DNA from: an uncultured Actinomycetota bacterium
GTDB lineage: Bacteria; Actinomycetota; Actinomycetes; Actinomycetales; Microbacteriaceae
DNA length: 64,000 bases
Direction of reading: 5' to 3'
NCBI GenBank assembly: GCA_963750955.1
Contig: CAVVSI010000006.1
Span: 8,548 to 72,547 of the forward strand
Shown here: one piece after another, positions 29,995 through 40,173 of the stretch
Layout: each line of letters begins with the position of its first letter
Numbering within the stretch: the first letter of the stretch is position 1
Notes under the pieces: model-generated
Told to the model about the DNA's origin: nothing
Seen by the model: the letters and a program-made list of their open reading frames with translations, nothing else
Databases searched by the model: none
Program-made: the position numbers and the translations under genes

Positions 29995-30691
29995 ACGCAC
30001 GATCGTCGTCGTGGGCGGCACGTCCGGCATCGGCCGCGAGCTCGCGGCATCCCTGGTCGCGCGTGGTGACCGCGTCGTCCTGACGGGGCGGGATGCCGGG
30101 CGTGCGGCATCCGTCGCTGCCGAGCTCGGCGACCGGGCGACCGGCATCGCCCTCGAGCTCTCCGAGCCGGAGGGCATCGCCGCGCAGCTCGAGCCCGTGG
30201 GCACGGTGCACGGCCTGGTGATGGCGGCGGTGGATCGCGACGCGAACACGGTGCGCGACTACGACATGGCACGCGCCACGCGCCTCGTGACGCTCAAGCT
30301 CATCGGCTACACCGAGACCGTCCACGCACTGCTCGGTCGGCTGGTGGAATCGCGCGAGACGGGCATCGTGCTCTTCGGCGGCCGGGCCAAGGACGCCCCG
30401 TACCCCGGGTCGACCACGGTCTCCACGATCAACGGGGGCATCGACGGACTGACGCGCGCGATGGCGCTCGAGCTGGCCCCGATGCGGGTGAACGCGATCC
30501 ACCCGGGCATCATCGGCGACAGCCCGTTCTGGGCCGGTAAGGCCGCAGCTCTCGCCGGCTACCAGTCGCGTACCCCGGGCGGGGAGCTCGCGACGATGGC
30601 GGACATCGTCGCGGCCACCACCCTCCTGCTCGACAACCAAGGAATGTCGGGCACGAGCATCGATGTCGACCGAGGCTGGCGCCTCACCTAG
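29987..30691 (+). CDS. SDR-fold protein, atypical (no canonical YxxxK visible)
   Basis: VVGGTSGIGRE (TGxxxGIG). The position expected for YxxxK reads V-STI-N. Start overlaps the bicupin stop. Confidence 0.7.
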   Translation: MSERTIVVVGGTSGIGRELAASLVARGDRVVLTGRDAGRAASVAAELGDRATGIALELSEPEGIAAQLEPVGTVHGLVMAAVDRDANTVRDYDMARATRLVTLKLIGYTETVHALLGRLVESRETGIVLFGGRAKDAPYPGSTTVSTINGGIDGLTRAMALELAPMRVNAIHPGIIGDSPFWAGKAAALAGYQSRTPGGELATMADIVAATTLLLDNQGMSGTSIDVDRGWRLT

Positions 30692-30790
30692 CACATCCAC
30701 CCGTGCGAGCCCGTCGTGCGGATCACAACAGAACACCACCGGTCGGGCAGGACGCCCGGCTCGAACGAGTCACTCAACGAGGAGGACCTC

Positions 30791-32237
30791 ATGACCCAAC
30801 CTGATTCCCCGCGCGCGGAGGACTTCGACGGCGACCGGCCGATCGTGTTCCGCGGGGGCACCGTGATCACCGTCGACAGCGCAGGCGTGCTCGAAGACGC
30901 CGACGTCCTGCTCGTGGGCGACACGATCCAGGCCGTCGGCCGCCGTCTGGAGGTTCCCGAAGGGACGCTCGAGATCGACGCGAGCGGGGGCATCGTGATG
31001 CCGGGCATGATCGACACCCATCGGCACATGTGGCAGACGGCGCTGCGGGGCTACGGCGGCGACTGGGCGCTGAGCCAGTACTTCGTCTTCTACTACCTGA
31101 CCTGGGGCCACGTGTTCCGCGCCGAGGACATCTACGCCGGCAACCTGCTCAGCGCGCTGGAGTCCGTCGACCAGGGGGTCACGACCACCCTCGACTGGTC
31201 GCACGGGCTGCGCACGCCCGGAGTACGGCGAAGCCGCGCTGCAGGCGATGCGCGAGATTCCCGGCCGCTTCGTGCTCGCGTACGGCAACTACCTCGGCGC
31301 CCCGTGGGAGTGGTCGAACTCGCCCGAGTTCCGCGACTTCGTCGTGCGCAACTTCAACGCGCCCGACGACATGATGGGGCTCCAGCTGGCCTTCGACGTG
31401 CCCGACGACCCCGACTTCGAGGCGGCGGGCGCCTTCCGCGCCGCCCGCGAACTCGGCCTGCGGGTCACGACGCACGCCGGCGTCTTCGGAGTCACGACCG
31501 ACAAGAGCATCGGGCAGATGTACGACGGCGGCTGGATGAACGACACGCTCACGTATGTGCACGCTGCTTCGCTCAGCGACGAGAGCTATCAGAAGATCGC
31601 CGCGACCGGCGGGACGGTCTCGGTATCCACCGAGAGCGAGCAGAACGCGGGCCAGGGCTACCCCTCGACGTGGCGGGTACGCAAGTTCGGCATCCCGACG
31701 TCGCTCTCGATGGACACCAGCGTGTGGTGGAGCGCGGACTTCTTCTCGGCGATGCGCTCGACACTCAGTGCCTTCCGCTCGCGCGATCACCTCGAGTCGC
31801 AGGCGCACGGCGAGCCGGTCAACGTGAACCGGCTGCGCGCCGAGGATGTCGTGTACCAGGCCACGATGGGGGGCGCTCACACGCTCGGGATGACCGACAA
31901 GATCGGCTCGCTCACGCCCGGCAAGAAAGCCGACGTCGTGCTGCTGAAGAACGACGAGTCGCCCGCCATGACGCCGATCCTCAACCCCTATGCGCACGTC
32001 GTCTTCCAGGCCGGCACCGCAGATGTGCACACCGTCGTCGTGAACGGCAAGGTCGTCAAATACGACGGGCGTCGGATCGGGATGCCGCTGGCCCCGGTGC
32101 GCGACAAGGTCGCGGCATCCGTCGAGTACGTGCGAGGCGAACTGGGCGAAGCGGCCTGGGACGAGTGGATGCACCCGCAGATCCCCGAGGACGAGACGAT
32201 CCCGAACCCCTACACGTACCAGGACGAGGACGACTGA
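30791..32237 (+). pseudogene. metal-dependent amidohydrolase (TRZ/ATZ or cytosine-deaminase-like), 1-nt frame shift
   Basis: ATG 30791 after GAGGAGG. MPGMIDTHRHMW (HxH). Frame 1 ends at ...DWSHGLRTP and continues as EYGEAALQAMREIPGRF... in ORF 31248..32237. They join if one C of CCC 31217-31219 is removed. Confidence 0.75.
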
Positions 32238-32257
32238 GCGGGGCGCCGTGCTGCGGG

Positions 32258-32941
32258 TCAGATCCGATCCATCGCCTGCAGCACGTCGACCGCGTTCGAC
32301 AGCCCGGCGGCGCCGTCGGCGGGCCTGCTCTGCGGCGCGCCGGTCTGGCGACGCCCGACCACGAACCAGACTCCGCGCGCGGGGACCTCGCCGTTGTTGA
32401 CGTAGAGGTGCGGGCGTGCCGAGTCGAAGTACAGCGAGTCGCCCGCGCGCAGCACGTGCGTGTCGAACTCGAGCTGAAGCGTGAGCTCTCCCTCGATCAG
32501 GTAGCCGTACTCGATGCCCGCGTGGCGCATCAGCTTGCCCTCGACCGAGCTGGACGCGTGGGGTTCGTACGTGGCCAGGAACGCATCGGCGGTGCCGTCG
32601 TCTCCGATCGCGAGCCGCTCCCACCGCACGCCGTTCTCCATCTCCAGCGTCGGGTTGTCGGAGGCGCGCTGCACGGCCGGCGGGTACGGCCGAACCTGCG
32701 CCGCCGCATCCGGAGCCGGGGCGGTCGTCCACGGCTCGTGCCCCATCAGGTCGTCCAGCGAGATGCCGAGCTGGCCGACGAGTGCGTAGAGGGTGGACAC
32801 CGAGGGCTGCGTCTTGCCCGTCTCGACCTGCGAGATGAGGCTCGGCGAGACGCCGACCGCCTGGGCGATCGAGCGGAGGCTCATGCCCTGTCGTACGCGC
32901 GCGGCGCGCAGCCGCTGACCGATGTCGACTTTCTCCGTCAC
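32258..32941 (-). CDS. XRE-family HTH regulator with a C-terminal cupin sensor domain
   Basis: IGQRLRAARVRQGMSLRSIAQAVGVSPSLISQVETGK plus a cupin module (...HAGIEYGYLIEGEL...). Confidence 0.85.
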   Translation of the reverse strand: MTEKVDIGQRLRAARVRQGMSLRSIAQAVGVSPSLISQVETGKTQPSVSTLYALVGQLGISLDDLMGHEPWTTAPAPDAAAQVRPYPPAVQRASDNPTLEMENGVRWERLAIGDDGTADAFLATYEPHASSSVEGKLMRHAGIEYGYLIEGELTLQLEFDTHVLRAGDSLYFDSARPHLYVNNGEVPARGVWFVVGRRQTGAPQSRPADGAAGLSNAVDVLQAMDRI

Positions 32942-32963
32942 CGCTCGACTGTACTACGGGCAT

Positions 32964-33010
32964 GTTCAGTCTCAGCCTTCGCATCCGTTCAGTGTGCAGT
33001 TAGGCTGAAC
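32964..33010. promoter_or_regulatory. GTTCAG / CTGAAC repeats in the xre-M24 divergent region
   Basis: GTTCAG at 32964 and 32987, CTGAAC at 33005. The same hexamer pair occurs at 29055-29072. Confidence 0.35.
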
Positions 33011-33056
33011 AGCAACGACGTCAGCGAGGATGCGGCGTCCGGATCGGAGGAGTCCG

Positions 33057-34439
33057 ATGAAGAGCACCGGCACGACGGGCACGAACGCGGTCGACTGGGA
33101 GGCGCGGGTCGATTTCGACCGCCTGCGCGATGAGCGTCTGGCGAAGCTGAAGGAGAAGCTCGCGGCATCCGATCTCGGTGCCGTGCTCGCGTTCGACTTC
33201 TCGAACATCCGTTACATGACCTCGACCCACATCGGCACGTGGGCGATGGACAAGCTCATCCGCTTCAGCCTGCTCACCCGCAACACCGACCCGATCTCGT
33301 GGGACTTCGGCTCGGCGGCCAAGCACCACGCGCTGTACAACCCGTGGCTGGACGTGACGACGTCGGAGATGGATGCCGACCCCCACGCACCGCACGAAGG
33401 AGCGAAGCGGCGCCGGCTCGAGTCGGGGGCGCGTGCGGGCATCTCCACCCTGCGTGGGGCCTTCCCGCCCGACGCGGGGATCGCCGAGGAGGTCGCGCGC
33501 AAGATCAAGCGGGAGCTCGACAAGTTCGGTGTCGCCGACCAGCCGCTGGGCGTGGATGTGATCGAGCTGCCGATCCTGTTCGCGCTGCAGAACGAGGGCA
33601 TCCGCGTCGTCGACGGCCAGCAGGTGTTCATGGAGGCGCGCCGCATCAAGACGAACGACGAGATCCGCCTGCTCACGCAGGCCGCGTCGATGGTGGATGC
33701 CGCGTACGAGGAGCTGTACCGGTTCCTGCGGCCCGGCGTTCGCGAGAACGAGGCCGTCGGGCTCGTCGCGAAGACGCTCTACGACCTGGGCTCGGAGTAC
33801 GTGGAGGGGGTCAACGCGATCTCCGGTGAGCGTTGCTCGCCGCATCCGCACGTGTTCAGCGATCGCCTGATCCGCCCGGGGGATCCCGCGTTCTTCGACA
33901 TCCTCCACTCCTTCAACGGCTATCGCACCTGCTACTACCGCACCTTCGCGGTGGGATCGGCGTCGACGGCGCAGCGCGATGCGTACACGCGGGCGAGGGA
34001 GTACATGGACCGTGCGATCGCCCTCGTGCGCCCGGGTGCGACGACCGCCGACATCTGCGCGGTGTGGCCTACGGCGCAGGAATTCGGATTCCCCGACGAG
34101 GAGGCCGCCTTCGCCCTGCAGTACGGGCACGGCGTCGGGCTGTCGATCTGGGAGAAGCCGATCTTCTCGCGGCTGACGTCGTTCGATCACCCCGAAGTGC
34201 TCGAGGAGGGGATGCTGTTCGCCCTGGAGACCTACTGGCCTTCGGCCGACGGATGGGGTGCGGCACGCATCGAGGAGGAGGTCGTCGTGACCGCGGACGG
34301 GTGCGAAGTCATCACGAAGTTCCCGGCGGAGGAGCTGCTCGTCGCCGGGCCGCGCTACATCGCCGTCGGCGGTCCGCTGAACAACGAGCGCGACTCGCAG
34401 TCGCACCTGAACACCGAGTGGGGGCGCGGCGGAGTCTGA
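33057..34439 (+). CDS. M24-fold (creatinase/prolidase/DddP-like) protein
   Basis: ATG 33057 after GGAGGAG. Creatinase-type N-domain plus pita-bread C-domain (...FFDILHSFNGYRTCYYRTF..., ...YGHGVGLSIWEKP..., ...ALETYW..., ...RIEEEVVVT). Confidence 0.7.
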   Translation: MKSTGTTGTNAVDWEARVDFDRLRDERLAKLKEKLAASDLGAVLAFDFSNIRYMTSTHIGTWAMDKLIRFSLLTRNTDPISWDFGSAAKHHALYNPWLDVTTSEMDADPHAPHEGAKRRRLESGARAGISTLRGAFPPDAGIAEEVARKIKRELDKFGVADQPLGVDVIELPILFALQNEGIRVVDGQQVFMEARRIKTNDEIRLLTQAASMVDAAYEELYRFLRPGVRENEAVGLVAKTLYDLGSEYVEGVNAISGERCSPHPHVFSDRLIRPGDPAFFDILHSFNGYRTCYYRTFAVGSASTAQRDAYTRAREYMDRAIALVRPGATTADICAVWPTAQEFGFPDEEAAFALQYGHGVGLSIWEKPIFSRLTSFDHPEVLEEGMLFALETYWPSADGWGAARIEEEVVVTADGCEVITKFPAEELLVAGPRYIAVGGPLNNERDSQSHLNTEWGRGGV

Positions 34440-34454
34440 CCGCCCGACGGGGAG

Positions 34455-35328
34455 TCAGTCGCGGCGGCGGCTGACCTCTGCGACGGCCGCCCAGTCCAGC
34501 TCGGCAAGTTGGGGGTCAGCGAGGGCGGTCTCGAACCGGTCGCGCAGCACCGCCGCCATCGGCACGTCCACCCGCCCTTCCGCGGCCAGCTGCTCGGCCA
34601 GGCCCAGGTCCTTCAGCCCCAGCGCGATCGTGAACCCGGGCGGCGAGTAGCGCCGCTGCGCCATGATCCCCCCGTAGCCGGTGTGCACGACTCCGCCGAA
34701 CAGGCTCGCGCCGAGCAGCTCGACGAACTGCCCGGCGTCGACGTCCTGCGCCTCGACGAGCGCGATCGATTCGCCGAGCGACTCGAGCGACTGGAGGATC
34801 AGGAAGTTCACGGCGATCTTCACGGCGTTGGCCTGCCGCGGCTGTTCGCCGAAGCGCCAGCGCCGCACGCTGCAGTGAGCCAGATACGGCTCCACGGAGT
34901 CCACCGCGTCGGAGGGACCGGCCACCAGGATGTTGAGTCTGCCCTGGGCGGCCACCTCCGGCCGGCCGAGCACGGGAGCCGACACGTAGGCCATTCCGGC
35001 ATCCGCGAAGCGCTGGGCGAGCTGGTCGGCCATCGCGGCGCTGATCGAGGCCATGTTGACGTGGATGCGCCCCTCGTCGGATCGCCCGAGATTCACGCGG
35101 CTGAGGACGCTCTCGGCCGCGCCGTCATCGGCGAGCATCGAGAACGAGACGGGGGCGGACAGGGCATCGGCCGCGGAGTCGGCGATGGTCGCGCCCGCGG
35201 CGGCGAGGTCGTCCACCGATGCCGAACGGCTGCGATTCCAGACCGTGAGCGGCACGCCCTGCCGCGGCGAGGCGCCCTGCGATCGCCGCACCCATGCGGC
35301 CGATGCCGAGGAATCCGATGGGGCTCAT
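34455..35328 (-). pseudogene. 3-hydroxyisobutyrate-dehydrogenase-family NAD(P) oxidoreductase, 1-nt frame shift
   Basis: The N-terminus MSPIGFLGIGRMGAAIAGRLAAAG (ATG 35328, RBS AAGGAG) is in a different frame from the body (VPLTVWNRS...). They join if one C of CCC 35257-35259 (top strand) is removed. Confidence 0.75.
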
Positions 35329-36029
35329 GCTGATCTCCTTGCCGGGGGCGCGATGGGGATCGGGGGCGAAGCGAAGACCTCCGGGTGACTCGCCAACTGA
35401 CGGCGCGTGCGGCGGATGTGACCTGCGAGCAGACTCTCGGCGCTGTCGAGGTCGCCATCGCGGATCGCCGCCACGATGAGGCGGTGCTCGTCGTGCACCG
35501 TGCGACGCGCCGCCTCGTCCATGAGGGCCGTGTAGATCCGCCGGTAGGCCTGCGTGCGGTTCCAGAGGCGGTGAACGAGATCGGTGAGCACGACCGTGTC
35601 GGCGCCCGCGTACGTGCCGAGGTGGAAGGCGCGGTCCAGCGCCAGGAACTCCTCGGGATCGGAGGTCGCCGCCATCTGCTCGGCCAGAGCGCCCAGCCGG
35701 TCGAGCGATGCGGCGTCCAGGCCGGGTGCGCTCATCTGCAGCAGCAGCGGCTCGACCCGCTCGCGGACCCGGTAGATCTCCTCGCACTCGGCCAGGTTGA
35801 GCGAGGACACCCGCGCTCCGCTGTTGGCGACGAGCGTCACCAGCCCCTCGGCCGCGAGCATCCGCAGCGCCTCGCGCACCGGCGCGCGACTCGCGCCGGT
35901 CAGGTCGGCGATCTGCTCCTGCCGCACCCTGGCGCCCGGCGCGAAGTCCCCGCGGATGATCGCCTCGCGCAGCAGCTCGGCGATGTGGCCTGTCGCCTCG
36001 CCGTGCTCGGGCTGCCGGTCGACGCTCAT
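35325..36029 (-). CDS. GntR-family regulator (FCD subfamily)
   Basis: MSVDRQPEHGEATGHIAELLREAIIRGDFAPGARVRQEQIADLTGASRAPVREALRMLAAEGLV. Start and stop overlap both neighbours. Confidence 0.85.
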   Translation of the reverse strand: MSVDRQPEHGEATGHIAELLREAIIRGDFAPGARVRQEQIADLTGASRAPVREALRMLAAEGLVTLVANSGARVSSLNLAECEEIYRVRERVEPLLLQMSAPGLDAASLDRLGALAEQMAATSDPEEFLALDRAFHLGTYAGADTVVLTDLVHRLWNRTQAYRRIYTALMDEAARRTVHDEHRLIVAAIRDGDLDSAESLLAGHIRRTRRQLASHPEVFASPPIPIAPPARRSA

Positions 36030-36550
36030 GCCGACGGCCTCGCCGGGTGCCAGAGCGTCCGGCCGCCTCGGCTCTCGTACGCCTTGCCGCTCGGGAAGCT
36101 CACGAGTTCGAGCTGCATGCCCCAAGGGGAGAGGAAGTAGACCCAGCGCTGGCCCTCGCTCGCATTGCGGCTCGCGGTCGGTTCGCCGAGCAGACGGATG
36201 CCGCGCTCGCGGAGGTAGTCGACGGCGACGTCGAGGTCGTCGACGTAGAACGCCAGGTGATGGCCGCCGATGTCGCTGTTGCGGGGTTGCGGGCGCTGCT
36301 CGTCGGCGGCATCCCACTGGAAGATCTCGAAATTCGGGCCGAACGCGCAGCGGTAGAAGCGCAGCTCGCGCATCACCGAGCGGGGATGGACGGCGAGGTG
36401 CTCCTGCATCCAGTCGTCGTCGGCGCGGAAGGGTCCGAGCGAGTAGACGTACTCGCAGCCGATCACCTCGACGAAGAACCGATGCGCCTGCTCGAGATCG
36501 GGGACGGTGAATCCGATGTGCTCCGTGCCCCGCAGGCCGGGAAGTCCCAT
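36026..36550 (-). CDS. VOC-family (glyoxalase/dioxygenase fold) protein
   Basis: MGLPGLRGTEHIGFTVPDLEQAHRFF...GGHHLAFYVDDLD. 174 aa. Confidence 0.7.
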   Translation of the reverse strand: MGLPGLRGTEHIGFTVPDLEQAHRFFVEVIGCEYVYSLGPFRADDDWMQEHLAVHPRSVMRELRFYRCAFGPNFEIFQWDAADEQRPQPRNSDIGGHHLAFYVDDLDVAVDYLRERGIRLLGEPTASRNASEGQRWVYFLSPWGMQLELVSFPSGKAYESRGGRTLWHPARPSA

Positions 36551-36579
36551 GCACGCCCCCTTCGATCGACGCCGATCAG

Positions 36580-36652
36580 TGGATCCAATATAGTCCGAGC
36601 CCCGCGGTTCAGACCAGCATGGATGCCGCAAGCCTTGATATTGGATCCAATA
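36580..36652. promoter_or_regulatory. paired GntR-type operators TGGATCCAATAT and TATTGGATCCAATA
   Basis: Perfect 14-bp palindrome at 36639-36652 and a partial copy at 36580-36591, in the AT-rich divergent region. Confidence 0.55.
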
Positions 36653-36708
36653 ATGCTTATCCTGACGAGGAGACGCCGCGAAGCTGCGCGTCGGAGGAGG
36701 GCCGTCCC

Positions 36709-38900
36709 ATGCCGAGCCATCGTCACCTGCAGTCCGCCACGCCGTGGGTCGAGCTGACGACCACCTCGCAGGACTGGGAGAGCGCGGATCCGGCTCTGCT
36801 GGCCGGGATGCTGGCGCAGCTGCACCTCATCCGCGCGTTCGAGGAGACGGTGCTCGAGCTCGCCGCCGAGGGCCTCGTGCACGGACCCGCGCACTCCAGC
36901 ATCGGCCAGGAGGGCGGCGCGGTCGGATCGATCATCGGCCTTCGATCGAGCGACGCGGTCGACGGATCGCATCGCGGCCACCACCAGTTCCTGGCCAAGG
37001 CGCTCACGCACGTGGGCGGCATCCGTTCCGACCTCGCCACGATCGTCACGCCCGAGATCCAGGACGTGCTGCAGACGCACGCTCGCCGAGATCCTCGGAC
37101 TCGCGCAGGGGTACTGCCGCGGCCGCGGCGGTTCGATGCACCTGCAGTGGTTCGAAGCCGGCGCGCTCGGCACGAACGCGATCGTGGGCGGCGGCGCGCC
37201 GTTCGCGACGGGCAACGCGTGGGCGCAGAAGCACTCCGGCACGACCGACCTCACGATCAACTACTTCGGCGACGGGGCGAGCCAGATCGGCTCGGTGCTG
37301 GAGAGCATGAACCTCGCCGCGGCCTGGAAGCTGCCGGTGGTGTTCTTCATCGAGAACAACCTCTACGGCGTCTCGACGCACGTCTCGGAGGTCACCGCCG
37401 ACACCCGGCTGTCGGTGCGCGGTCAGGGGTTCGGCATCCCGTCCTGGCGGGTCGACGGGATGGACCCGCTCGCCGTGCACCTCGCGATGACGGAGGTCGC
37501 CGAGCACCTGCGCGCGGGCCGCGGCCCGGCGGTCGTCGAGGCGGAGGTCTACCGCTTCTTCCACCAGAACGGGCCCTACCCGGGAAGCGCCTTCGGCTAC
37601 CGCACGAAAGAGGAGGAGGCCTCGTGGCGCGAGCGCGATCCGCTGCTGCGCATCGCCGCCGAGATGCGGCACCTCGGTCTGGTGAACGATGAGGAGGTCG
37701 CATCGGTGCGCGCGCAGGCGCAGGACGCGATGCGCGCCGCGGTCGGCGAGCTGCTCGAGCCCGATCCCGAGAGCGAGGGCAAGCGCCGCATCCGGCCCTC
37801 GCTGTGGCCCGATCCCGAATTCGTCGACGTCGGCGTGCGGGGCGACGCGAGCGAGCTCGCCGACGCGCGCACGCTCGACCCGGTCACCGATGCGCCCCCG
37901 ATGACGCCGTCGAAGTTCGTCGACGCCGTGGCCGCCGTGATGGGTCGCCGGATGGAGCAGGACGAGCGCATCGTCGTGCTCGGCGAGGACGTGCACCGCC
38001 TCTCCGGCGGCACGAACGGCGCGACGAAGGGGCTGGCCGCACGCTTCCCCGACCGCGTACTGGGCACTCCGATCAGCGAGAACGCGTTCGCCGGCCTCGG
38101 CGGGGGATTGGCGCTCGACGGCCGCTTCCGGCCGGTGGTCGAGTTCATGTACCCCGACTTCATGTGGGTCGCCGCCGACCAGGTGTTCAACCAGATCGGC
38201 AAGGCGCGGCACATGTTCGGCGGGGTCAACCCGGTGCCGCTCGTGCTGCGCACGAAGGTCGCGATGGGGTCGGGCTACGGCTCGCAGCACCTCATGGACC
38301 CGGCCGGCATCTTCGCCACGAGCCCCGGATGGCGGATCTGCGCCCCCTCCACCGCGGCCGACTACGTCGGGCTGATGAACACCGCTCTCGCCCTCGACGA
38401 TCCCGTGCTCGTCATCGAGCACGTCGACCTGTACGGCCGTGCAGGACGAGATCCCCGACGGCGACCTCGACTACCAGCTGCCCTTCGGCAGGGCGGCCCT
38501 CCGGCGCGAGGGGAAGGACGCGACGATCATCAGCTACCTGTCGATGGTGCACCACTGCCTCGAAGCGGTCGATCAGACCGGGCTGGATGCCGACGTGATC
38601 GACCTGCGCTGGCTCGACCGCGCGTCGCTGGACTGGGAGACGCATCGAGCGCATCGGTCCAGAAGACGAACGCCGTCCTGATCGTGGAGCAGGGTGCGCG
38701 AGGCACGTCCTACGGTGGGTGGCTCGCCGACGAGATCCAGCGCCGGCTGTTCGACTGGCTCGATCAGCCCGTGCAGCGCGTCACCGGCAGCGAAGCGGGT
38801 CCGAGCATCTCGAAGGTGCTCGAACGTGCGGCCATCGCACGCACCGAAGAAGTCGTCGCCGGCATCGAGCTCTTGCGCGCGGGCATGGGAGGAGTGCTGA
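36709..38900 (+). pseudogene. fused E1 alpha-beta component of a TPP-dependent 2-oxoacid/acetoin dehydrogenase complex, multiple frame shifts
   Basis: ATG 36709 after GGAGGAGG. Alpha part (...GSHRGHHQFLAK..., ...YCRGRGGSMHL..., ...YFGDGASQIG...) and beta part (...LGTPISENAF..., ...EFMYPDFMW...). Frame breaks at ~37075-37080, 38437-38438 and ~38641-38655 (two 1-nt events would restore DWETIERSVQKT). The stop is also unresolved. Confidence 0.75.
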
Positions 38901-40124
38901 TGGCGACCGTCGTGCGCATGCCCGAGGTGCTGGCCGGAGTGAGCGAAGCGGCGATCGCGACCTGGCTCGTCGCGGTCGGCGATCGGGTGGGTGTGGGCAC
39001 CCCGCTCGCTGAGATCGAGACGGAGAAGGCGGTCGTGGAGTATGCCTCCGAGGTCTCGGGGACGGTGCTCGAGCTCCTCGCGGAGGAGGGCGCGGGCATC
39101 GCCGTCGGCGCCCCGATCGTGGTGATCGGCGCGTCGGGGGAAGTCGCGACGCCGAGCCTCACCGGTGGTGCCCGCTGACCGGCGACGAGCCCGCATCCGC
39201 CGGACCGCGCAGGGCCGACGAGCCTCCGGTCGCGGAGGCCGCCGGCATCGGCACCCGCTGACGCCGGCCGCCGCACCGACGGGCCGCATTCGTCAGCCCG
39301 CTCGTGCGGCGGCTCGCCCGCGAGCGCGGCATCGACCTGAGCGGCGTCGCCGGCACCGGGCCCGAACGGCCGCGTCGTGCGGCGCGACCTCGAGGCGATC
39401 GCCGAGGCACCGGCCGCGGCGCCGCCCCCCGCCGGGACCACGGCCGACGTGGAGGAGATTCCGCTGACACCCATGCGCCGTGCGATCGCGCGGCGGCTCA
39501 CCGAGAGCACGACGACCGTGCCGCACTTCTCCCTCGTCGCCGACTGCCGCGTCGACCGGTTGCTGCGGGTGCGCGGCGAGGCGAACGAGGGGTCGCCCGT
39601 GCGCATCTCGATCAACGACTTCGTCGTCAAGGCCGTCGCCGGGGCGCTTCGTGCCGTACCGGACGCGAACGCGACCTGGGGTGAAACGGTGATCCGTCGG
39701 CACCGCTCGGTCGACATCGCGCTCGCCGTGGCCGTCGAGGGTGGGCTGGTGACACCCGTGATCCGGGATGCCGACCGGCTCAGCTCTCGGCGAGCTCTCG
39801 CGCACGGCCGCCGATCTCGCCGACCGCGCCCGCTCGGGGCGCCTCGCGCAGCACGAGCTCGAGGGAGGCACCTTCTCGATCTCGAACCTCGGCATGTACG
39901 GCACGCGGGAGTTCTCGGCGATCATCAACCCTCCGCACGCCGGCATCCTCGCCGTCGGCGCGGTGCGCCAGGCGCCGGTGGTGGAGGACGGCGCGCTGGC
40001 CGTCGGCTCGGTCATGACCATCACGCTCTCGGCCGACCACCGCGTGATGGACGGCGCGCTCGCGGCGCAGCTGCTCGCGGCGATCGTGGAGCGGATCGAG
40101 AACCCGGTGAAGGCGCTGGTCTGA
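38900..40124 (+). pseudogene. E2 dihydrolipoamide acyltransferase, multiple frame shifts
   Basis: The lipoyl domain (ATG 38900; ...LAEIETEKAVVEY...) runs into a stop at 39176. The subunit-binding domain (FVSPLVRRLARERGIDLSGVAGTGP) is in another frame. The catalytic domain is split at CCC 39361-39363 and at ~39785-39788, and ends ...LSADHRVMDGA...KALV at 40124. Confidence 0.75.
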
Positions 40125-40173
40125 AATCCCTCGGAGCGGGGGGCAAAGGGGGAATGGGCGCCCGCGAGTCCTG

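Noticed and set aside
30716-33133. 805-aa ORF suggesting a giant amidohydrolase fusion.
   Set aside because: Only residues up to ...DWSHGLRTP are amidohydrolase-like. After the extra C at 31217-31219 the translation becomes Arg-rich nonsense and runs antisense through the XRE regulator gene.
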